Origin: Rhizodiscina lignyota
Taxonomy: Eukaryota
NCBI GenBank assembly: GCA_010015805.1
Contig: ML978122.1
Location: 778,453 to 842,452, forward strand
Length of the DNA stretch: 64,000 nucleotides
Reading direction: 5' to 3'
This document shows positions 54,193 through 64,000 of the stretch, piece by piece. The translations under genes and the position numbers were made by a program. Below the pieces are notes generated by a model. The model saw only the letters and a list, made by a program, of their open reading frames with translations. It was not told where the DNA came from and did not search any database. Position 1 is the first letter of the stretch, and every line of letters begins with the position of its first letter.

Positions 54193-55458
54193 GTTGAAAC
54201 TTGGGTTGGGTTGGGTTGATAGGAGTTTTGGAATGGAAAGGATTTGGATGATATGTTCAAGTATGTTTGGATGATTTCTACTTGATACCATTTCGTTTTC
54301 GTTAGGCCTTCTGCTTGATCGGGATCGGCTGCCTCTTTGTCTTTTTAGAGAGGAAGGCGACGAAGTTTTGATGGATATTTTATTTTTGGCTTCTACGAAA
54401 AGTAGAGATTCTTTTGTGGTTACTATCTGATTGACTATCTCGGAGACTTGTATATATGTTTATCTTCTTATTTATTTTCTTGAATTTGGACCACTGATTA
54501 GCTGGTGCTCCTATCATCGTGACCTTTCAAGACCATACCAAGCATACTTCGCTACATGAATATACAAGAATTTCAGAATCAAACTTCTCCATCCACCCAA
54601 ACCGAGCTTACCCGTGACATCCTCCCCCTCAATATCTCCAGATCTAGCAGCTCATAGCTCTTCTGCAACACCTACCGGACAAAAGCTGTGGGGAGCCCCG
54701 CGATTCGCTCGTACGGTACAGCGCGGAGACAAAACGCGTTTTTCGATGGGGCCTAGGCTTACTGTGCTCGGTACGCGACATACATGCAATGCACGGAGCA
54801 GCCGGGATTGTCAGCTCCCCGGGGAGACGCGGACGTCATTGTCCGCAGTCGGGAATGCATGGGAGCTCTTTTGTGCAGCATGGGCTGAGGGTGGTGTGAT
54901 GCAAAGCTCAGGCAGGAAATAAAATTTTGTGATCGGTCATTCGGATGAGATTTCGATTAGAGAGCTTTACCAATACGACTACACGCTGCTGCTTGCTGTA
55001 GAGATGGAGCGAAACGAAACGCCCAAGATATGCAAAATGCCTACCAAAAGGATAATGGAAAGGTCGTTGAAGATAGCTATGGGATCCCAATCGTGGAGAG
55101 TGTGAGTAGTGAAGAGTTCGCCGGAGTCGCATGCCATTATCCAAAGCCCCGTAGTTACGCCCTCCGATGCTGCTGATATATGCCAAATGCCAGATGGAAA
55201 AATGTACGAGAAAGAAATGTGAGAAGATAGTGCCTGTTGCTTGTAACCAACGTCCTTAACAAGATATGCCGAAAGAAAGCAGTCTGCCTTATTTCCAACT
55301 CCATGTCTAGTCCCATCTTTCCAATATTTGGCGCCTTTGATCATCGGCGAGGCCTGATGATGATGGGTGTCTTTGAACGGGTATCGAGTAGATGTTCATC
55401 GTGCGAATATTACATCTGGTCTATGAGTCGATACTGGTACAGAGAGAGCACATGGAGT

Positions 55459-55986
55459 CTAGCTCATGTCCATGGCGTCAAGGTCTCGAATCATACAAGC
55501 GACTTGTGCGCGCTTCGCAGCCTCGGCGATGAGGTTGTAGTCTCTTAGAAAAGAGGCCGTTTCTGGATTAGATGTCCCTGCTCCTTGTCGGTTGGGGACG
55601 TAATTCCATCCCGTCTGCATCTGATGTGGCACGGCCTGCTGTTGTGATGCTTGAGACTGCTGTTGCACAGTTGGTGACTGTGGCATCTGAGCTTGCGTCT
55701 GGTAGCTAGCTTGTTGTTGGTACTGCATCTGGCCTTGTTGCTGAGACGGTATTTGCTGGAAGGTGCTTGCCTGTGGCGATGCAGGGTTTAAGGAAGCGAA
55801 GAAAGGACGTTGTTCGGCGGTTGGAGATGGTAGAGGTGCAGATTGTGGTGCGGACGCCGGATTCTGACTCGGCATTATTCCGTTGGGAGATGGTAGAGAT
55901 GCGAGGCTGCTCGAGCTGGTGTACGCGGAAGAGGAAGAGGAGGGAGCAAGCGTTGGGTAAGGAGGTCGAACTCTTGACCGGTCCAT
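55459..55986 (-). CDS. Conserved fungal Gln/Pro-rich hypothetical protein
   Basis: First ATG at 55986 (MDRSRVRPP); conserved C-terminal motif FLRDYNLIAEAAKRAQVACMIRDL. Confidence 0.7.
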   Translation of the reverse strand: MDRSRVRPPYPTLAPSSSSSAYTSSSSLASLPSPNGIMPSQNPASAPQSAPLPSPTAEQRPFFASLNPASPQASTFQQIPSQQQGQMQYQQQASYQTQAQMPQSPTVQQQSQASQQQAVPHQMQTGWNYVPNRQGAGTSNPETASFLRDYNLIAEAAKRAQVACMIRDLDAMDMS

Positions 55987-56894
55987 GGACGGTGAATGGG
56001 GCGATGAGGCCAGGTGCTTGGAAGTGGGCGTATGGCCGGAAGGAGATGAAAGAATGATGGTGGAGACGTCCGAAGCAAGTGTTATACAACAATGAGGGAT
56101 GCTGGAAAGTCGATTTGATGTCAAGGCAGAATGTCGTGATACGGAGGACGGACCGGGAATATTCGTGGAGATGGCGAACCGCACTTTATCGTGCGGAGAG
56201 GTGTCTCAGTTAGCGACGTAGGTCCCAAGCGCCGTTGGTCGTCCCTGAACGTCTGGATATCGCACGAAAAATGTGAGAGATTGAAGGAGTAAGACAGATG
56301 GCGAAGCGAGAGTCATCACAGAAGTAGCGGTACGGGGATAAGGCAACGGTCGATCTCGTTGGATTCGTGCATTTCATCGATATGCCGCATTCAGCCATTT
56401 CAGCCCTCCAGCCTCGGCGAAGGCTTTCTTCCCGGACGCCCGCGTGGGATATGCGCACCCCCAATCACAGCGCTGCTCCACCAGCCTCCACACTCTGCGC
56501 TGCCGCCGTCACATTTGCCCTCGGACCAGTGTGCGGCACTCCCGACGTTGCTCTGTGGATCGTTACTCGGACTTTCCAGGCTGACAGATCTGGAGACGAC
56601 GACTCACAGTGCCATTCGCTGCCGGTACCGCTGCGGCGTTCGGTATGCTGCGCGGCTGCGTCACAGCTCGCCTTACCCCAGACATTGCTGCAGGGCTCGC
56701 AGGCGACTCCGTGGCAGTGGAGAGTGTGTGGAGGGAGGGAGTCCGGGCCGTGAGCGGTCGGAGCAGACCTTCACCGAGGCCGAGACAGCCACCGACATCA
56801 ACCTCACCACCAATTCATCCAAATTTATCCCTTTAATCTCGTCTCACGCAGGGGCTATCACGCAGATCGCCTGATTAGGTAGATCCTGATCGCG

Positions 56895-57977
56895 ATGCCG
56901 GTACGTTAGGTTCCGCATGTCTGCATTATGCTTCCGCCATACTGACTCATGGCTAAAGCTCATCGTCATCTCAGGCTTTCCATGCTCCGGCAAGACGCAT
57001 CGCGCGAAGCAGATCCAAGAGGACTTTGAGTCGCGGTTAAAGGACGATCGGCGCTTCGCGAAATCGAAGCTTCATCTTATCAATGACGAATCTCTCGGCG
57101 TGTCTCACGATGCATACCAGACCGCGAGGACGGAGAAGGATGCGCGTGCCGCAGAAATGTCGGCCGTGAAGCGCCATCTAAGTCGAGACGATATTGTCAT
57201 TGCGGATGGTTTGAACTACATCAAGGGCTTCCGGTATCAGCTGTACTGTGAAGCTAAAGCTCTTCAGACACCAAGCTGCGTTGTGAGTTTCGTCCAGTCC
57301 ACTTATCACTACAAATCAAATCATTTTGAATACCTCAGCTTACCGTGTCAGAGATACACATAGGGACACCAATAGACACGTGTCGAACCACCAATCAATC
57401 CCGCATCGACTCCTCCTCACCTCACGCATACGACACCGACACCTTCGAGAACCTCATATTTCGCTACGAGGAGCCCAATGGCATGACGCGCTGGGATTCT
57501 CCTCTCTTCACCGTCGTAAACGATGACCTAACACCTCCCTTCTCCGCTATCTGGGACACGCTGCTGGGCTCCTCAGACTCCACTTCCTTCGACCCCTCGA
57601 AAGCGGGCAGAAAGGTACTCGTACGACCAAATGCGGCGACAGTCCTTGCACCAGCATCAGAGAATGACTTTCTGTATGCGCTCGACCGCGAAACTTCCGC
57701 AGTGATCAGCACGATACAAACATGGCAGAAGGAGCATTCATTTGACGGCGGAGGTGGGGGAGGTGAGGTCGCTATCGAGGGCGCAGAGGAAAAGATACAA
57801 TTACCAGCGGGAAGGACGCTAGGAGTCGCGGAGCTTCAGAGAGTGCGGAGACAGTTCGTGCAGATGATGAGAGCTCAGGGCATGGGTGGTGCGGGCACGG
57901 CGAGAGCGAGGATGGACAAGGGCAGGATAAGGGGCGCTTTTGTAGGACATTTGAATGGACTATGGGAAGAAGAATGA
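56895..57977 (+). CDS. KTI12: Kti12, Elongator-associated P-loop protein
   Basis: MP|LIVISGFPCSGKT; IADGLNYIKGFRYQLYCEAK; FRYEEPNGMTRWDSPLF; ELQRVRRQF. Confidence 0.95.
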
Positions 57978-59701
57978 AGAGCAAGGTAGTGTGTGGATGT
58001 GAATGTGCTATTATCGACATTAACGGCACTAGGCAGAATGGCTAAGAAAATCTCACTGTGAGCCATAGTGGGAGCCATTCAATAGGACGGGTTGAATTGA
58101 GGGGGCTTCTGCCAAGAGTGCATGTGTAACTTTGGAACAGTTTGAACGGAAGAAAAATCTGCTCAGACTTGGCGAAACTGCTCAACAAGCTCCTTGGACA
58201 CTTTCGTACGATTCTCTACACTTCAGTCGGGTTACAAGAGCAGTTATGATTTGAGCCAATTCGAAGCACTCAAAAGGCACGAGGACGAGCATGCGATATT
58301 GAAACGGCATTAGTTACCACTCTGGGGTTTTGTTGAAAGGTGGGAAGCACTTGATAACGTCCACGTCACCATTGGGCAAATATACGGAGAGTGGAGAGTC
58401 TCAAATTCCTCCGTTTTCCTCTCTTTCGCTTTCTACAAGACAGTTGCCGCTGCTGGTTCTTCTGACTCATCCTATTGCATCCTGTTAGGGAGATCAGTCG
58501 AGCAGCCATTGCGGGCGAGCCAAAGGACCCTCTGACTTTCTGAATTCGAATATGGCTGACATGACCGAACCGCTTCCATATCTCCGAACTGGGTCACTAC
58601 TATTTGCACATCAAGGCTCCTAAGTTGGCCTCTTCCTCTTCTGCACAACCGCTGTCGAAAGCTTCAAAGAGAATAAGGTCAAACGCTTCGAATTTCGCCT
58701 AGTCCGAGTAGCCTTTCCCGTGACTTCTCCCCAGCTCCGAGTTCAACTGTGGCAGGAGTCAACTCCATGCAATCAGATTTCGGTGAAACACTCCTGATTG
58801 GAAGCCCAGATGGTCGCACGAAAGCTCGCCAGCTCGCACTTCTCAAGTCTCGGCCGAACTACAAAATGCGTCTATCGAGCCGCTGGACGAGCACTCGACA
58901 GAAGACTCTTCGAGACCGTAGAGCGTTGTATTAAACGATTCAACCGCTTTCCAAACGAGGTACGCCGTACTCGAGGTTCAATTGAGGTGGCTTCTGCTAA
59001 GCTTGTATGCACCGTTGGGGAAGGGTTCAAACGGATTAACAGGCTGCTCGGACTCGGCGAATTTATGTGACCAGTTCCTTGCTCACTTCCGTGCGACGGT
59101 CAGCGTCATTTCCCGAACATGCACCCATATACCACCATTTTCATGGCGGAATATATCTGCTCCACAGGAAAATGTTTTGGAAAGGCCCAGAATTACAAAC
59201 CTGACACTGTAGTGGATCGCCACCTCGCTCGAAATGGACGACAGCTGAACGAATTACAATGAATGGCGGGCATTAATAAGATTGCTCCGGTGAGTAACAC
59301 TTGGTACCCTGCCTTTGTGTGTATGCTGATGGTGCGCAACAGAGCCAGCAAATGGACTGCCAATGGGCTTGATGAATCATTACAGAAAGAGATGAGATTT
59401 GTTAAGCAAGCGCAGTTCGGATCGGACGGATGCTGCTGACCAAATGGACGACGTTTCGCAAAGTTAGTGTAAAGAATAATCTTAAACTAGAATGTGAACC
59501 ACTCTCAGACTCCAGGCTCGCCTTAATCAACATTGCTCCAAATCGGGTTAGCCCAAAGCACCGACCACACACTCACGTCTATAAAAACATCCAACACGTT
59601 GGATTTTCCTACATCTTTTAAACACTCGCAACTCCTGTTATGTTCCTTCCCTCGAAGTCCTTCCTCTACGTCTTAAAACGGTGGCCTCATTCGAGGTCCT
59701 C

Positions 59702-60580
59702 ATGGAAGCAGTCATGAACTTCCAGCGACCACTCTTCACGTGAGTATTAACCATTTACGAGCATTCATGATTACAAGGGTCTATCACTCGCTCCGACAGG
59801 CTAGACAACCTCGAATTAGTCACAGTCAAGGTCGGCAAAGACGCCACCCCATGCGTCTTGCACAAAGCGCTCCTCTGCGCAGCCTCCAAGTTCTTTGAGA
59901 ATGCCTTCAATGGAAACTTCAAGGAAGCCCATGAGCGAGAAGTCAAGCTAGAGGAAGTTGATTTCAAGACGTTCGCGATGTTCATGAACTGGCTCTACTA
60001 CTCAACATTCTCCTTTGGCGACGAATGCTTTCCAAAAGATGTCAAGAACAAGGCAGCGTCGACGCTGGCATTCAACAAACGCTTCAATTACATACTAGAT
60101 CTCTCCGTCTTCGCCGATCGATACGACTGCCCACCGCTTCATACAGCTGCTCTATGCGCGTGGCAGGAGGCCGAAATTAGCATGCTGAAGTCCGATGCTA
60201 CGATCGAGACCGAGACGATCCATCGCGTTTTCAACGAGCTGCCTAACACATCGTCGCTCCGTCAGGAATTCGTCAAATGGGCAGCTACTAGCTTGGTCAA
60301 TAAAGGTCTGGACAATTACCCCGCTAGCTGTGTGGTGGAAATGTTCAAAGTGTTGCAAGAAGCATTCCTAGATAAGAAGGGGGTAAATGACTGGCCGGTA
60401 TATGGCCGTTACCGGAATCTATGGGTCGAATCTCTCTGCGAACACCATGGGCATGTGAGTGAGCAAGAGGCTGCAGAATGCTCTGTGAGGAAGCGTGCAC
60501 CGTATCTTGGCGAGACTGAGAGGAGGCTAAGAGCTTTGGACGAGGTGTTTAGGTCTACAATTAGGAGCAACCAGGGCTAG
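59702..60580 (+). CDS. BTB/POZ-domain protein
   Basis: MEAVMNFQRPLFT|LDNLELVTVKVG..LHKALLCAASKFFENAFNGNFKEA..FAMFMNWLY; VFADRYDCP; LPNTSSLR; CEHHGH. Confidence 0.85.
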
Positions 60581-61584
60581 TCTGATGAGGGATAATCATG
60601 ACAATGGATGAACGCGAGTGAAAAATGGCGAAAATGAAGTCTCAAGTGATTGTTTAGGAGAGACGCTAGATTGAATCATACATGATATTCGCCTTACGCT
60701 CCAGTTCTGCTTGAATAAATTAAACTGAAATCTCGGATGGTCAATGTCCATAATGGGTTTTCCGGGATGCTCGCACACTTATTTTAAATATGCTGAGATC
60801 AGAATGATGCCATCTTCCACTAGCTTGTAGATGTACGTCCCATTTAAGAGAGTGTGTTACTGCGAGTCGCCTGCCTTCCGTTCGCGAGTATGGACTCGAT
60901 ATCCGCTTCTCATGTGGAATTCTTTCCTTAAATGTGAACGACGGTGCCGTCCATGAGTCTCCCCGGCTCTCAATATAGAAGTTCGGCCCATCGAGCTCCA
61001 AGCACCGTGAGGCGTAAAGCCCTCGATGAGCTGGTAGCACTGCTTGAATGATCACTGGCGCCTTCATCAACAGTTGAAGTTGTTCAGGGCGGAAGCCACT
61101 TTCACCTTCGGCGGAACCTGGACAAATACGAATTGCACCATTGCCTATATGCACTTAGATGAGAGACGACATTTTATCACAGATGTGACAAGGGCCTTAG
61201 CTCATATACATGGCAATATTCTCGAAGTTCCACATTTAATATGCCCAAGCTTAAGGAACCCTTTCTTGTACTCGAACTATGTGGCATGTACATGTTTAAA
61301 TCGCGCGGCATCCACCTCAAGCCTCATACTAGACTTGGATGAATTTGAACTAATATCATTAGTGGCACGAATGTGTCCTTTGCTCAGAGCAATTGTCGTC
61401 AAAAAAGTGGGCTTAAATTACATACGCGTCAATAGCAAAAGGGTTCGGAGTTATGTGTTCGATGAGGCTATTGAACTGGTTCAATTAGGGATATCTTCTA
61501 AAGACTCAGTAGAGAACTCGAAACTCTCAAATTATATTCACTTGAAGCGACGTGTTGTTATCATGTTCTCTGCTACTCCGCCGG

Positions 61585-62323
61585 TCAATCATTGTTCCAC
61601 GCTTGCTCTACCTCCATAGCCTGCTTCTTGATGGAGCAGTCAGCGGCCTCTTGCTCATTGGTGTGCCCATGATGTTGACAGAAAGAGTTTAGCCAAGTCT
61701 CATAGAAGTATCTGTTCATTGCGTGCTCTTCATTTTCTTTGCTTCTCAGCGGCGTGTAATACCTTCACGACTTGCGCCCAAAAAGCAGGCGGGTAATTGG
61801 CATTAGCAGAAAGCACCATTCTAAGTGCAGCCCATCTCGCAAGCTCTAGACATAGTGGGGATGTCTCCGGAAGGTTGTTGAAAGCGCGCCAGATCGAGTC
61901 CGGATCTACACTGAAGCCGGATTCCGTAAGAGTCTCGAGGCTCAACTGTGTAGTCTGCAATTTGCAAAGTACTCCTTCACGAAGCGAAGGGCAGTCATAG
62001 CGATCGCCAAAGATGTACATGTCCAACAGATAATCGAAGTACTTCTGGACTGCCAGTTCATGAAGGACACGAATATCTCTAGTCCAACCTCTTCGAGTTT
62101 GATCTCCCGGTCGCGCGCTTCCTTAAACGATCCGGTAAACGCGTTCTCGAAGTACTTCGAATGAGCGCAGAGTAATACGCGATGCAGCGAACATGGTGTC
62201 AACTTGTCCCCGACCTTGACAGTGACGACATCAAGTGAGTCTTTGCTGCAAGCCGATGTTAGCTACGATAACTACGAAAAACTTAGGCCATACTAACGAG
62301 AATCGGGCACGCTTGAGATCCAT
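61585..62323 (-). pseudogene. BTB/POZ paralog of 59702-60580, frameshifted
   Basis: Collinear with the + strand BTB gene (VVTVKVG..LHRVLLC..FENAFTGSFKEA..FMNW; IFGDRYDCP; FCQHHGHTNEQEAADCS). The frame breaks at about 62050 (roughly 76 nt missing relative to the paralog) and again at about 61740. Confidence 0.75.
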
Positions 62324-62561
62324 GATGATCCCGAGGCGAGCTTAGCAGCTCCGGCAGCAGTGGAAAAGCAACAGTTGAAGATCGAAGTTGGAATGTGGAA
62401 GGTTGCAGAAGTTGATGCGTCAATTTGTGGTGTGACGCATGCGAGGCCCGTGCGCTTAAGATTGGATCGAAGGCAGTCGTGGAGAGTGTTGACGAACATT
62501 CACTTCCGGTTCTCACAGAACACATCGAGTTATGCGGTGGTGAGAGTCGGAGTGCCTCTTA

Positions 62562-63315
62562 TCATCGAATACTCCGCACCAATTCGCGCAAATCACCGCC
62601 CTCAACCCAGCTTTCGCCTCCTGTACCAGCACCTCCAGCAGCACTTGCGCCGCCCGCAGCACCCCATCCTTCGCCTACTTCACCAATGATCCGGGCTGGT
62701 CGACCGCCGACGACTGAATTGGATGGTATCACCATATTGGCAGGAACAATGGTATGCGGTAGAATCTTGACGTTTTCTCGGACCATACTGAACGGCTGAA
62801 GCACGCAGTGCTCGCCAATATGGACATGTGATGAAATTGAAGCCGATTGTATAGTAGAATTTGGACCTGATCCAAGTTCAGCATCAGAGTAAAGAGAATG
62901 CAACTCGGACATACCGATGAAGACATTATCTCCAATCTTCATGGGATAGTAAGTCAGCACGCCTCTACTGACCCTACATGGCGGTTTGATCACACAGCCA
63001 GCAGCCACAACGGAACATCGGCCGATACTGATCGAGTGACTTGAGCTACTCTTCGAGCCATCTTCTTTTGTAGTCGATAGTCGATGGAGGTCTCCTCGAA
63101 GATGCACGTCTTCACGTATGACCGTGCGACCACCCAATGTGATATTGGGAGCTCCGCTGATGTTCGCCTTGCGCCAGACTTTGTTGCCGCTATCCTAGAG
63201 AATTGTTAGCATGCTCTGAGCAAGTTTTGAATCACTTCATGAACCGCGTGACGCGTCTTACCGTCTCGATGTACTCTCCCTTCGGCGCCTTTCGCGCGGC
63301 GCTGGGTCGTGACAT
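62562..63315 (-). CDS. DCTN5: Dynactin subunit 5 (p25), left-handed beta-helix
   Basis: KGEYIET|DSGNKV..NITLGGRTVI..LRGDL; YYPMKIGDNVFIG; VKILPHTIVPANMVIPSNSVVGGRPARIIGE. Confidence 0.92.
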
Positions 63316-64000
63316 GCTTGCTCGTGCTTGTGCGACTGTAACAACGCGTCTCAAGTAGCACAAGACTCATGAAAGGACGACCGCGGAATCTCTACCGTTT
63401 CAGATAAGATTGTGGATAAAAAGTCACGATGAGGTGTGGTTGCAGTCCATGTCGAATGGCTCACGGACCGTACCGCAGTCCGACGCACCTTGGGCAAGCT
63501 TAAGCTCGCCGAGCACGTGTCGCGATGCGGCTTTTGGCGACGCGCTTCTCTTCGGAGCATTTCGAGTGCTTAACAGCGTCAGGACCACTCGACTCACCAC
63601 CTCCTGCGCGTAATCTGAAGCAAATCGACGCGTCACGCGACCTCAATCTCCTGCTACAGCGCGCAAATTGACAGGCCTGGCGGCGCACTGACTGTTAAGG
63701 ATCCCTTCTCCCTTCAGGGTTGTCTCACTAGCCCCAACGGCGCCCCTAACTCCCACAGAGCGCACACAGACACCCTGACACCCACCCATCCTCCATACCA
63801 TCATCAGGACTTAAATCCACTGCAGTCCAGCAATCCGGGGTCCGAAAGCCAGTCAGCAGCGGGTCGATCAAACAACTCTCGATATATCTCCGTCAGTGGA
63901 GCGCACACACACCTCTTGTGCTCAAGGCTACTGCGTTTGGAACACTATCCGCACCACAATTTAGGCACACGTCACGAAATCCTGCTGCGCAACGGTGGGC

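Noticed and set aside
58100..59500. Coding-like fragments between KTI12 and the BTB gene
   Set aside because: Frequent stops and no family motif, so no call can be supported.

Overview
Eukaryotic, intron-containing DNA from a filamentous ascomycete (Pezizomycotina; GT-AG introns of about 45-65 nt with CTRAC/CTRAY-type branch sites). Most of the window is a housekeeping backbone: BZZ1, DBP5, MAF1, APS1, glutamate-cysteine ligase modifier, NOP16, YKE4, IMP4, UPF1, a nucleotide-sugar transporter, fRMsr, an AKR7 reductase, a DMT transporter, facB/acu-15, KTI12 and dynactin p25. Accessory patches are interspersed. The standout is at about 40.9-43.7 kb. A signal-peptide-bearing, Kex2-processed repeat protein (5 x 33 aa, invariant TSLEEIQDGDYDGWEDPDKR) is transcribed divergently from a DUF3328/UstYa-type oxidase with two HxxHC motifs. 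This is the signature of a minimal dikaritin-type RiPP system, with a Tyr/Trp-containing core that I do not recognise from the dikaritins I know. Other observations include an internally deleted GMC-oxidoreductase relic, a convergent BTB duplicate pair with one pseudogenised copy, a 5-nt microexon, a candidate 285-nt exitron, and uORFs on facB and DBP5. All gene models were spliced by eye and all family calls come from motif recognition, not database searches.
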